This document shows positions 48,455-61,523 of a stretch of DNA of 64,000 nucleotides, in pieces. The notes under the pieces were generated by a model, which saw nothing but the letters and a program-made list of their open reading frames with translations, did no database searches and was not told the origin of the DNA. Numbering within the stretch: position 1 is the stretch's first letter; each line of letters opens with the position of its first letter. This DNA comes from Callorhinchus milii (taxonomy: Eukaryota): the NCBI RefSeq assembly GCF_018977255.1, contig NW_024704743.1, forward strand, positions 97,464,001-97,528,000, given 5' to 3'. The position numbers and the translations under genes were made by a program.

Positions 48455-48776
48455 GGAGTCCTGTAGCTCAGTGGTTAGAGGACTCGCTTTGCAAGTGAGA
48501 GACCTGAGTTCAATTCCAGGCAGAGGGCGAAACCTTGGGCAAGTTTCCTTACTCCACACAGCCTAATAATAATCCCTCCAAAAACCAAAAACAATAATAA
48601 ATTGGTCATTTTCAATCTACGACTGTTTGTGGGACACTGCTGTGTGCAATTGGCTGCCGAGTTTGCCCACAAATATACAGTCAATTCACTTTACAGTGTG
48701 TTCTGTGAAGCGCTTTGGGACGTCCTCCCGACGTGAAAAGCGCTATATGAAATGCAAGGATTATTATTATTATTAT
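48455..48776 (+). mobile_element. Full-length tRNA-derived SINE
   Basis: A and B boxes, body and (ATT)n tail. Confidence 0.95.
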
Positions 48777-51700
48777 GCTCAGACATGGTACTGTAGGGTG
48801 ACTGGTGTGTGATAGGATCTCTACCTTAGAATAAGTCGGTGCTTTCATAAAATGGGGGTGAAAATTGGATGGTGAGTCAAAGAATATTCCATTGTATATT
48901 TGCAGTTCAATAGAAACACAGCATTTTAAACATTATGACTGTTTAAAATGGAGTACTACAGAGTAATGTGTTATTATTGGAAGTGTAACACGTGTTATGT
49001 GGACAAACTTAAGCTTTGTGGATTCATTTTTCTCCATTGAATAAAAGCAAGGAGAGCCTCCGAGAGAAATATATTCTTCATTAGTAAACAATGAAGAGAT
49101 TTCACTTCACACTCACTGCTCTTCATTCCATTACACCTACACACTTTCTCACATGGTACTCTTCTATTGGTTACAATACCATAGCAACCACAGTGAAGAC
49201 TTTCAGCACTGGACAGCTCCCTCTTCTCCAAATAGACAGACTAGTGTAGATGTCTTGTGCCAAACAAATCAATAAACAACGTCCAGACCTTTACTTGCTT
49301 CCTAACCAAAGATAATAATAATGGGTAAGATGTGTTCAAAGCATAAGTATTTGTTAACTCTATTTGCCAAGATCTGAGGCAGTGTTAGGGAAGCACTGCA
49401 TTGTCAGAGGTACCAAGTTTTGGATGACATGTTAAACCTGGGTCCCATCTATCTGTTATCATGGACGTTAAGCTTGTTACGACACTATTCAAGAAGAAGA
49501 GTGTTCTGGTTAACAATCTCCCAGATAAATTGCTCATTCATTTGGCTGTTTGTGGGATATTGCTATGTGCAAAATAGCTGCTGTGTTTGCTTTATGAATG
49601 TACAGTTACACTTTATAGCAATTTCCTGTAAAACACTTTTAGATGTTTTGACATTATAGCCATCATATGAAAAGTAAAGATTATTTATATTGCCACTGTT
49701 AAATGTAAGGGTTATTTTTATTACCACAAGACCTTTGTTAAGCTTAATGCTGAACACCATTTATTTTAGGCAAAATTACCAATTGAGCAATCGATCTGGA
49801 GTTTTTGATGACTCCATGTGGAACTATGTGGCATAGATATATATTGTTTGGAAAATGAATTGTGCTCGAATGCTGCAATTTTGTGTAGCTTGAAAGTATA
49901 ATGGTCTAATCAGTAAAATAGCACATATAGGATTTCTTATCAACAATAATAAAAAAATTGCTGTTTTCTGTAATTGGAACGTGAGAATAGTCTGTATTGA
50001 GCTCTGGAAACTTCCATTAGCACAGCACCAAATGTTTCTTCTGATTCCACAAATTCCATGTAAAATTTATCTTAACATACTTCACTGGGGATAATAACCT
50101 TTTTCTTTAGAAAGTAAAAGTGCACTGGCTGATGGAAAGGTGCCTGTGCTGTAACCTACGTTTTCTGCTAAAAAAAAATCCTTGTGCCTCGTCAGACTTC
50201 TCTTCTAACAGCATCCAGTTAGAGATGAACTCCTGCTAGTTGTATCGATGTACAGAGATGTACCTGGAACTGGGGAGGTTCTATGCTGGATGTCTGAACC
50301 ATTTCCTCTGTAAGGTAGAATTTAGTACATGAGTTCCCCCAGTTATTTCAAAGGTACAAAACCCGACCTCTGTTTCTAAAACATACACTGCAGACTCCAA
50401 GGGCAGGCTGGCAATCCTTAGAAAGAAAATCATGGTGGCCGAAACTTTTGTTCTGCTATTTCATGTGCTGTTGCCTCCAGAGTCAGGATGAAGATCCATC
50501 CAGGGAGCCTTTGTGGATACATTGGCGACAGCTTCTCAATATAAATAGAATAGAAGTGGTAAGCAGGAGTGGCAGAGGCATGATTATTTTAATACAAGTT
50601 ACTCACAATCTGGGATCAGACATCCTGGAACCCAAGAACCAATTTGCTCCACTTCAGCGTTTCATTAACAGTTGATTTCTCGTCTGCCAGAGTTTGGACT
50701 GTTTGGTTTAGAGTCAGCCATTTGCAGTTGAATTGAACAGAGTTGGCAGTCAGTATGGTTCAATTCAGGGCCATCAAAATATGACGTCAGATTGCTGTTA
50801 GTTTACTGAAACCTCAAGCCCTCCCTCACTTTTAACTGATCTTTACTGAAAAGAGAATTTGTGTCCAATGAACAATCAAGCAAATGAAATCAAGAAAGGT
50901 TGTGTTAAATGAAAAATGGTTTTTTTTCTGTCAACACTTTTGGAAAGGGTATATCGACAGCATTTTGTTGCACACAGGATTTTGTATTAAGAGTAAAGAT
51001 TCTATTGATGGGCTTTAAAGGAAAATAACACACTTATACTGGTACAAGAACTCACTTGTTCAAGATCGATTGAGCTACTGAATTAGATATTTTCATTTTT
51101 GGAACTGGGGTTTCCTTACAAAGTAGAGCTGGTGTCAGGTTAGCATGGTGCAACAGAAACAAAGGTGCTCAGGAAGGGACAGTGATCAGGAATCCTGCCA
51201 GCTGATACTTTCATGGAATGGAATTTGTGTTCAAGGATAGACAGTCACTTGAAATACGTTATTATTATTATTATTATTATTGTTGTTAAGAAATTGCTGA
51301 TGACCTTAAGATCATGGTTATACAGTAGTATCATGTAAATTTACAGCACAGAAGGAGGCTGTTTGGCCATCGAGTCTACACTGGTTCTCAGAGGAAGCCA
51401 CCCATTCAATCCTATTACTCTGCCTTATCCCCTTACACTGTGAAGTCTTTTTCATATACCTCTTGAAATCCACAATGGACTCTGCTTCTAACATAAATAA
51501 TGTAAATGTGGGTGTTCGGGCACCAAACCTACAGTCACTGCACTTTATAGTATACCCTGTGAAGCTCCTCCTGACATGAAAGGATTATCTTCTAAAACCA
51601 TCACCCATATTATATAATGTATTTATTCTACAACTACTTTTGCATTATTTTGCATAGGCATTATAGTCTTATGTTATTTAAACAGATATGCCTCCCACCA

Positions 51701-52605
51701 ATTTTATTTCTTCTCTTTTAAGTTTAGGACCTCAGGCTCTGCTTGGTAGTAAGATAGTTTCTAACCAGAGAGAGCACAGATTTTATAATATATAATAATA
51801 GTAGTAATCCTTGCATTCAGTATTAGCGCTTTATCATTTTGAGATAATATACTGTAAAGTGAATTGGCTGTATATGTTGTTCCTCCTTGGCAGATAAGCA
51901 TGGAAAATAAATATCAAACAAAAAATTCTCTTTAGCCATTCTAGGGCCTTCAATTTTCAATACAAAAATGCTCGCTTCAAAATACTAGAATGCTGGAGGT
52001 TACTGGATTTGAAAAAAGACAAATTACTTGGGGTTTGGGGAAAGTTTACTGCCACCTACTGGTCAATAACTTGTTTGCCTAGAAAAATACACAGTCACTA
52101 AACACAGCAGTAAAATCCTGTGAAGTGTTTTGAAATGTTTCAAAGACGTAACAAGGCATTATATAAAATACAAAAAAAATATTGTTTTTATTAATGCCAG
52201 CGATAAGTAAGGAAAATTGCAAATATTACGAAGTGTCTATAATTCCATACCACTTGGGGTCACTAAAATGCTCAATTTTGCTAGTAATAACCCTTGCATT
52301 TCATGTAACACCTTATCACATATTATTATAAATGCCCTTCAGGAAAGTGGTTATGTACTGGCATCTCACCACTGAAAAAATGAACCACACCATAAATTGA
52401 TGGGAGGAAATACCCCAGGGTCTCCATTTACTTTATTTATTTATGTGGCATTTCCTTAAATTCTTAAATACAGCCTTGAATATAAGCTGTTTTTCAGTAA
52501 ATTCAACAATTTGCAAATTTGTGTACATTCTAAAATGCTACACAAATAAAGTAAACCTAGACCCGGGTGGAATTTCTCTCTTTGCAGCTTCTTCAGGGAA
52601 TTCCC

Positions 52606-53739
52606 TGTTCATCAAAACTGACTTGCGAGCCCACAGCTCAAACCTTCCATCTCCTCGGATTTAAGTTGACATGAGGTGAAATTGGGTTCAAGTGTTTATC
52701 AGAAACCACACCAAAGATATTATTAAAATGTTTATTAGCAATTATAAAACTACACAAGCATAAGCATCACATTACACCTGACACATTATCATTACTCGTC
52801 GCACTTAAATGACTACTAAAGCACTATCTTAACAAGATATATTACTGAAACACTATCTTAACACTCAATACCCAAATTCTAAACGTATAAAAAGAAATTA
52901 TGTGATATATGAAATGGGCCTAAATAATCCCTAACTGTGTTATATGTATATTGAGTGCGTGTTTTAGTAATTAGGAGAGATACTGCCAAGCAGGCAGAAA
53001 ATCGTGATGAAGTTCTAAGGCTGGCACAAAGGTTAAACACTGCCTCTGGCTTGCTGCTGGCTGCAAACGTCTCTGGCTTGCTTCTAGCTGCAAACGTCTC
53101 TTGGTGGTCCATTCTGGCAAGGGCTGAACTTGTGCTCTTTCCCTCAAAGGCACTCTTCTTTCTCTCCGTAGAGGTTTGTCCCCTTTCTCACCTCAGAGGC
53201 TCCAAAAAAACTAGTTTTTGCTATCGGTTTTTATACCCTTTCTCGCAAGCCATCTGTGTGCTAACTCTTTTTTTCATGACTTCTTTCCCACTCTCTGCAC
53301 TTTTCCCAGGCATTCTTCCCCTATCTTTAAATTGTTTCTCCTTGTACCAGCTAGGGTATCTTCTGCAAAAGAGCAATACTCCTCCTATTCCATCTTATCT
53401 AGCCTGACCAAACCATCTGACTCCATGTCCTTAAAGTTTCAGTCCTTCTTTTTAACTCTGTCCATGTGACCTGCTCACTTTTTAGTTTTTTCTTAGTTTT
53501 AATTACTAGTTTGTATCCCATCCATTCTCCTGATCCAATTATCCTTATCTTCCCTGTCTTCCCTGGCCATGAGTCGCATTCCAGTACTCCTGGTAGCTCG
53601 GTGCCCCTTTACTAGGACTGTGGGTGTGTGTGTCACTTGGCAGTTTTTTTTCTTTAAATAATTTTACTTAATTCATCTATTCTCTACATGATCAATACTA
53701 ATGATGCTTATACTATAATCCCAACTATTTACAATGACA
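52606..53739 (-). mobile_element. Probable solo LTR (ERV/Gypsy-type), about 1.13 kb
   Basis: TGT...ACA termini; flanks ATTCCC (52600-05) and ACTCCC (53740-45); minus-strand GGGTATAAAAA (53238-53228) upstream of AATAAA (52736-52731) followed by GT-rich sequence; internal 27-bp tandem repeat at 53044-53097. Confidence 0.6.
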
Positions 53740-54274
53740 ACTCCCTGCTGAAAACTCAGTTTACACTGCGAGGTACTTTGTCGGATGGGCAGATGAAAGT
53801 AATGTTACTGCTTTCAGTGCCTGAATTAAGACACCACATTTTTTTAAATAATTGTAATTGACCTGCACTATATCCAAGCTTGCTCAAGCAGCTCAGCTAA
53901 TATCTGTCTTTAATATTGGATTTGTAATTGCCTATTACCAGTGCAACATCTATCAAGTATGAGGGCTGCTTCACCCCATTAGCAGTTCGCTACTGAGGAA
54001 TTGGTGTCATCCCAAGCTTGATGGGACATCATCGGGAATTGTTTCTGATGGTATGTCTGTCTTGACCCCACACTGCCTATCCCATTTAATGTCTCATCCA
54101 GAGATCGGCACCTCCTACAATGCAATATACCCCCAGGACTGTATTGGAGTGTCAGCTTAGACTATGTGATTTCAAGTCCCGATGTGGGACTTAAACTCAC
54201 AACCTTCTGATTTGGAATTGAGAAAGCTAACAACTTATCTAAGATAACACCTTGCCTTTTTTTCTTTAAACTAT

Positions 54275-54935
54275 TTCCATGTGATAACTGAAGTCCCTCA
54301 TTCTGGGACTATCCTGGTAAATTTCCTTTGTCCAGAACTGACCACAGTGCTCTAGCTGAGGCCTAACCAGTGTTTTATAAAGGTTCATCATAACTTCCTG
54401 ACTTTTGTATGATATGCCCCTATTTATAAAGCCTAGTATTCCATATGCTTGTTTAACAGCTTTATCAACCTGTCCTGCTACCTTCAAAGATTTATTTATA
54501 TGAATCCCCAGGTCGCTCTGTTTCTTCACCCCTTTTAAGATTGTACCATCAGCTTATATTGCCTCTCCTCATTCTTCCTCCCAAAATGGATCACTTCGCA
54601 CATTAAGCTTCACCTGCCATGTGTCTGCCCATTTTACCAGTCTGTCTCTGTCCCCTTGCAGTCTGCTATTATCCTCCTCGTTGTTTACTTTTTCTATCTT
54701 AGTATCATCTGCAAACTTGGAAATTGTACTTCCTATACCCAAGTCCAGGTCATTTATATAGATCAAAAACAGCAGTGGTCCCAAAACTGACCCCTGGGGA
54801 ACACCACTGCACACTTCCTCCAGTCAGAAAAACAACCATTCACCACCACTCTCTGCTTTCTGTCTTCCAGCCAGTTCTGTATCCATGCTGTACTGTCCCT
54901 TTAATACCGCGGGCTTCTATTTTGGTTACAAATCT
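54275..54935 (-). mobile_element. CR1 ORF2 reverse-transcriptase fragment (pseudogene)
   Basis: SGVPQGSVLGPLLFLIYINDLD, SKFADDTK, WADTWQ, LYKTLVRPQLEHC. Confidence 0.95.
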
Positions 54936-55699
54936 CTTATATGCACCTTATCTTATTGATAATACGGCTTTGTGGAAATGTTTTGCACATTCTGACTTGC
55001 TTGGTAGTTCACTGTGCAGAGATGGTCAGAGTTAAAGTTAGTTTAAACTATGTGTGATTCAATAATACCTTAGTGATGTCCAATTATACATATATTTTAA
55101 AATTCTGAAGCAGATTCCCAATCTCCTCTTCTGTTCATCCCATACTTTATTCTATGTAGTTAAAACATGCATAAACAAGCGGCCAGGGTCTTAAACTCGG
55201 AAGTGGGAGTTTAAGTACACAGTTTACATGAAACACTTTTTAAATGACAGCTATAGCAATTGATGGAGCAGTAAGCCATACCAATGTACAATTGTGCCAA
55301 TAAATTTGCAGAAAACTGCATGAAGCGTTTGAGACATTTCAATATGATACGGTGCTTTTAGATGGCGCATGTACCATTGGAGCTACAACAAATATAAAAT
55401 AGTTTGGTAAGCAGAATTATGCTTCAGGGATGATGCAGTGCAAATACAAGGTACTATATATAATAATATTAATAATCCTTGCATTTGATTTAGCATCTTA
55501 TGTCATTGAGACATCTCAAAGCACTTCACAGGATATACTGTAAAGTGTAGTGACTGTATTTTGTGGATGAATCAAGGTAGCCATTTGCACGTAGCAGTGT
55601 CTCACAACCAGTCATGGAGTGAGTGACCAAATTATTATAATTTTTTTTTGAAGGGTTTATTCTAGGAGATAAGAATAGGAAATGCGCATTCTCTATGAA

Positions 55700-56650
55700 A
55701 GGGATTAAACCTGCCAAAGGGGAAGCTGAAAGATATCTTGTCAAAACAATGTCAAAATAGTGCAAGCAGCAATAAGCAAAGTAAATAGGATTCTGGAATA
55801 CATTGCCAAATCATTTGAGTTCAGATTTCCAGAATTTATACTTGAGTTGTATAGTGATTTGGTCAAATTGCAACTATAATACTGCATACAGCTCAGGTCA
55901 CAGTGACATAAGAGGCCATTCTCATCCAAGAGGAAGTGTAGGGGAGTACAACGATTATCAATATCACTAATATTACAGGAATGAGCTGAAAGCAACAATT
56001 AGACAAGCAAGGACTCTTCACTCTCGGAAGGAGGGGACCTTAAAGAGATATAAACATTTAATAATAATTAGATATAGCGCTGTTCATGTAAGGAAGAAAT
56101 CTCAAAGTGTGTCACAGTATGTATTGCAAAGTCTTGTTACTGAGCATGTTGAAGAGGAACAGGATATATACAATGCCAGAGAATAAGAGGATATAGGTTT
56201 AAATTTGCCAAGGTCAATTTCAAGACAAACACCAGGAAGTATTTATTTATTTAGAGGATAATTAACAATATGTTGGAATTTATGGAATTCTCTACCCCAG
56301 AAGGCTGTAGATGCTCAGTCCTTAACATATTCAAGACTAAGATTGATAGATTTCTAAAGGATAGAGGGATTAAGGGATATGGGGATAAGGCGGGCAGATG
56401 GAGTTAGGTTAGAAGATCAGCCATGATCTTATTAAATGGTGGGGCAGGGTCAAGGGGCCGAATGGCCTACTCCTGCTCCTAATTCTTATGTTCCTGCTTT
56501 CCTATGTTGACAGGAAGGCTGGTTGAAGCCAGAACAGTGAATTCATTTAAAAAACACAACTTGATCCTGTGATGGGAAGATGGTAGGGTGAGTAGGTGAG
56601 TACTCTGGAAGGATGAGGTCAAATGGGTGAAAGGGCCCTCTTCATCCAAA
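55700..56650 (+). mobile_element. Old CR1 3' region with a younger CR1 3' end nested at 56273-56505
   Basis: AAISKVNRILEYIAK-like frame. The nested piece reads TGGAATTCTCTACCCCAGAAGGCTGT...GGCCGAATGGCCTACTCCTGCTCCTAATTCTTATGTTC. Confidence 0.75.
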
Positions 56651-56794
56651 CCAATGTTATGATTTTGGGATCTTGTCAGTAAACTGTTAAACAAAGATTA
56701 ACGGTTTACTGAACTTTCAAATTAAATAGCTGTTCATCTCATCATCGCTGATACAACAACATTCACCTAATTTCACATTCATTCAATTTGAAAT

Positions 56795-57545
56795 GGAGTG
56801 GGTCCCATACTGTAGTGTGGTTAGTGAGCTCGCCTCGCAAGCAAGAAGACCTGGTTCGATTCCCTTAGGTTTCACATAGAATCATACAGCACAAAAAGAG
56901 GCCATTCGGCCCATCAAGTCTATGCCTCTGTTTACCCAGCAGTAAGTAGGAGACCGGTCATTAGATGATTAGCAGATCTCTTTTCGGTGGGTAATAATTC
57001 ATCACACAAAAACTTGGTCATTCAAATCCATGATTGTTTGTGGGACATTGCTATGCACAATTTTGTTTCAATCTCAAAATACACAATCAATTCACTTTGA
57101 TAATGATAATTCCTCCAAAAAAACAAAACAATAAAAAATTGGTCATTTTCAATCTACGATTGTTTGTGGGACATTGCTGCGCGCAATTGGCTGCCGCGTT
57201 CGCCCACAAGTATGCAGTCAATTCACTTTACAATATATTCTGTGAAGCGCTTTGGGATGTCTAGAAGACGTGAAAAGCGCTATATCAAATGCAATTATTA
57301 TTATTATTACTTTACATGATGTGATAAGGTGCTATATCAAATGCACGGATTATTATAATTATACTTTATAAAGGTGTTTATTAGTAAAGGTGCTATATAA
57401 ATGCAAGTTATTATCATTATCGTCATTTTGATTACAAAATACACAGTCATTCCACCTTTGCAGTATATCCTGTGAAATGCTTTGAGACATCTAAGCGATA
57501 AGATACGATATCAATTGCAAGGATTAATATTATTATTATTACTTG
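56795..57545 (+). mobile_element. Composite SINE cluster: older tRNA head, CR1 tail insert and stacked SINE 3' ends
   Basis: TAGTGTGGTTAG...GGTTCGATTCC head; CR1 tail (minus) at 56874-56927; four successive ATCAAATGCA/ATAAATGCAA-(ATT)n-type tails at 57100-57545. Confidence 0.75.
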
Positions 57546-59734
57546 CAGAAACTGGAAAATTTAGAATATCTAGTTGTTGAAAAGAAAGAAACTGTATTTA
57601 CATGTGTACAACTGTACTGTAAACCACAAAGTTGCTGTCACAATATAAAAGTACAGGTATGTAGCCAATTCAGAAACATTGTACCTGAAGCCACTTACTT
57701 TCTCCTTATAATAATAATACTGTTGGGTGGGGGAGGTGGGAGTGCGGGGGGGTAGAAAACAAGGCAAATTTGGTGTGTTCTTGAAAATGTCTATTTCACT
57801 TTTCTCCAGTAACAAGTAGAACATGTTTTTCGAAGCAATAGGTACATAGAAACAGTGAAAGGTTGCCATATCTGTTGTTAAATTATGTATTACCAGAATT
57901 GAGCTTGAATTAATATTTCAGGCTCACCCAAAAAACTGTTCAGGGTAGAGAACATATTTGCTGACATTATTTTGGTGCTAACATTAATTCAATTGTATAA
58001 TTACTTCTTTTACAGACTACTCTGTCATTAACGTTTCACAGTTTCTACCTCTTTCTTGCTGATAAGGGGTCAAATATGCAATGATTCATAACAGGCATCA
58101 CTGATAGCAACTCTGCAAATAGTCACTCCTGCAAGTAATCGGTTTTGAGTTATGCTAACCTGAGGGAATTCAGGTAACTGGAAGCAGATTCATGTCCCAT
58201 TTCTGGTTACAGGCAGGAGTCATTATTTGCGACTCCTGTTAACAGAACACCTTATATTAGATGATACATAGTTGTTCCCAGGTTTCAGCATGTTTCCCAA
58301 GACATCCAAGAAGATGTTACTGACATCTCATTGCAGCCTTGCGTTGACCTGAGAACTATTTTCCACCATATGTGATGAGCTCTCCCCTGTGAAATACATT
58401 TCCTCGGCTGCACGCAGAACTCAATCCCAAAATCAATCTACCTTGCACCGTCTCTCCATTTGTCAAAAGCCTCCTAAAAACCCATCTATTTGACTGCTGT
58501 TCCTCCTTCAACTCGTCTGCCAATCTCGCTTGGTGATGTACTCCATACCTGTGAAGCGATTTGAGGCTGTATCCAACATGATAAGCGCAAGCTGTTGTTG
58601 TTGTCACACAGATAACTTCAATGAAAAAAAACTTTCAGTAATATCCCTACATCCAGAACCCATTCTGTTCCCATTTTAAATTAAAATTTACCTTGAACTA
58701 TTAGCATTCTGCCTGGGGTATAATATGAACACTTTGGATGGTGTGAAACATTGAGATGCCACCTGTGTTCTTTTCATGGTGCTGGTCAGTCCGAGAATTT
58801 CTCCCTGAGTTCTGGCCAACAATCCTCCAAATAAAATTGGTCATTCACTTCACAGTTGTTTGTGGGATATTGCTGTGAGTACATTGGCTATCACATTCAC
58901 CAACAAAATATACAGGTCACTACACTTTACAGTAAATTCCGCTCTAAAGTAAATAAAGCTCTTTGAGACATCCTCCCAATGTGAAAGGTGCTATACCAAA
59001 TGCAAGGGTTATTAATCGCAGGTGAAAATACAGTTCCTTATTATGAAGCCTCCATTTAAAGTCCAAGTATAATAATAATAAGGAAAAAGAAAAAAGGATG
59101 AACTGAATGTATGTGGTTGTGGCACACTGTGTGTATTAAGCATAATTTGAAGCCTGCTCCTGCACTTCTTATTTATGTCAAATCTCTATCTTCAGTAGCT
59201 CAGGACATTTGCCGACTCAGCAGGTGTTAGTTGATGTGAACATGTCCCAGCGGACAAACAAATATTTTTGCAAGCCACGTGATTTTCAGTCTTTGATGTC
59301 TAATTGATTCAATTCAAAGCGATGGTAAGGTAATAGCTCTTAAATTTTTAATAAGCATTGAATGATCAGTAATCAGCACAAGTTAAGATGCAAGGACTGA
59401 CTGGATGATTGAATGTCAAGTTGTTGCTAGTAATAGTACAGTCAGCCAAATATTGCTGCTTACATTATTTTTATAAGTTCTGAGTCATAGACTGCATTCT
59501 GTATGATAAACAAACAAGTAAATAAATAATAATTGCATTTCATCTAGCAGCTTATCACATCGTCAAAACGTATCAAAATGTTTTACAGAATCTATAATAT
59601 AGTGTAGTGTGTATTTATATGTGAAATGCACAGTGATGCACAGTGATGTAGGTTTTGTTATTAATATGGTAACAATTACCTTTTCCTATTTACTTCACGT
59701 AGGCTGATTCCATAAATAACAACAAGAACAAGCC

Positions 59735-59965
59735 AGTCGTAAATTTAACAGGGAATTTAGCAGGAACTTCATGCAGAGTATGGTGAGAATATGAAACTCA
59801 CTGCTGGAAGCTGTGTTGAAGGACAAAACATCAATATATTTAAGAAAAAACATAATGCACATGTGAATGAGAAGGGAATAGGAAGAGTGGGCACTCATGC
59901 GGAATATAAACACTGGCATGAACTAGTTGGGCCAAATGGCCCGTTTCTCTGTTGTATAACTCCTT
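59735..59965 (+). mobile_element. CR1 3' fragment
   Basis: CAGAGTATGGTGAGAATATGAAACTCACT...TTGGGCCAAATGGCCCGTTTCT. Confidence 0.75.
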
Positions 59966-59982
59966 GTATCTATCTAACACAT

Positions 59983-60439
59983 TGGGGTAAAAAATACAGC
60001 ATGTGCTGAAAAGTACAATCTACATCAGTCATTAACAATCAACAAGTTTTAGAATGAACACTCCTCCCGACGCCCCCGAAGCTTGGCACAGTGCCTTGGT
60101 TGGAGAAGGCAAGAGCTTTTGCAGGCTGCCATTGCTGTTACTGCCCATAGACGCAACATTTCTGTCCTGCTGCACGGAAAACTAGCCCGAGTCAGTTATT
60201 GAGTTATGATTACCTTATGCCAGTATTGATGTATTGAGTTATGCCAGTATTCCATGCAGCAGGACTGAAGAGCTAAGCTGTGTGGGTGGGTGGGTGGTAG
60301 CAGCAGGGACAGACTGCAGAGGCTCTGGCGAAGCCATTGTGCTGCAGCTGGGGAGGGAATGTTCACTTCCAAACCTGTCGATCAACAGAGACTAGTTTGG
60401 GGTTTAAGTGATGTGATAATTACCATGTTTTTCACCCCA
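59983..60439. mobile_element. Long imperfect palindromic (fold-back) MITE-like element
   Basis: Ends TGGGGTAAAAAA/TTTTTCACCCCA. Nested inverted blocks, e.g. GTCCTGCTGCACGGAAAACTAGC versus GCCAGTATTCCATGCAGCAGGAC (20/23). Confidence 0.75.
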
Positions 60440-61523
60440 TTTTTCTTCAGCTTTATTTTGTAAGGGAGCATTTGAGAAAACATCCTTCTTCTTTTCTGTT
60501 TTAATCTCTTCTTAACCTACCCCATTCCCTGCAGCAAGAGGGCAGGAGCCATGCCCCCTCCCCTCGCCCACCCAGCCTCTGATGCCTCCTCAAAGCTAGT
60601 TTCTAGTTGTTGCTGTAAATGCAAGTTGTTGTTGTTGTAGAAGGTGATAGACATGTCCTGGAAGTTGCCAGAGCCTCAACTGACACTCAGTGGAGCTCAG
60701 ATCAGGGGGATCTTTATTTTAGTTTCAATATAGATATCATCAACATTTTGTTCTATTATGAATAAAAGCTGCAACGAATCCTGGCAAAACATTGCTTCAA
60801 CCAAACCATGTACAGACCTGATTCCTGCCACTCGCAGAAGATGTGTTGCCAGGAGGTGACAGATGGATCCTAGGAGATGGCAAACCCCCGATGAAACTCT
60901 GTAATTCATGTGGAATATTCAATCTACTCCTATGATCAAACCACATCCATGACAGATCAGACCCCTATCTATCTATTAACTGAACGTTAGATAAAATGGT
61001 CTTTTGGAGACCCACAACTTTGAGTTATTTTGGACTGTGGGGTGCTTCATGGGCCTAGAAATAGCGACCCGATTGACACTTGTATATAGCTGGATTTCCA
61101 TTGATGTATAAACCAATAGAGTTACATGCTTGAAGGACTACTTTTGATCACAGTGAAAAGTCAGGTTCATAAGAAGGTTCAATGTTCAGTCAACGAAGTA
61201 CAAACATTGCTTTATTCATTTATTTAGCACTGCCCTTTAAACCCAGTATAGTATCGTAGTCAACAATGAGTCACAAACAGCTGTGAAGTTCAGGGAATGA
61301 TGCAGAGCTAAATCTCTGAGATCATTCAGAAACTGGATAAAAAGAGGAATTGGTGCTGACCACATCTCTAGATCGCTGCAAAACACTGCTTTACACTTTA
61401 CAAATCAAGGTACCTCAGCACGTGAGGGCACAGGATAAATTTGCAAGGAGTGAGCAGCCTATACATTCACAATGCAATAAAATTTACATTTATACTGCAT
61501 GGCACCTTTCATATCAGGAGGAT

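Noticed and set aside
8178-48812. Family of similar small ORFs (MESCSSVVRA..., ...KCKDYYYY)
   Set aside because: These are translations of SINE copies, not a peptide gene family.
52620-52640. Primer-binding site near the LTR end (TGTGGGCTCG resembling tRNA-Pro)
   Set aside because: Only a short imperfect match, lying inside the TSD-defined boundary, with no internal retroviral sequence following.
52955-53407. 150-aa hydrophobic ORF as a membrane protein
   Set aside because: Antisense to the putative LTR, has a GTG start, and its composition is explained by pyrimidine-rich sequence and a 27-bp tandem repeat.
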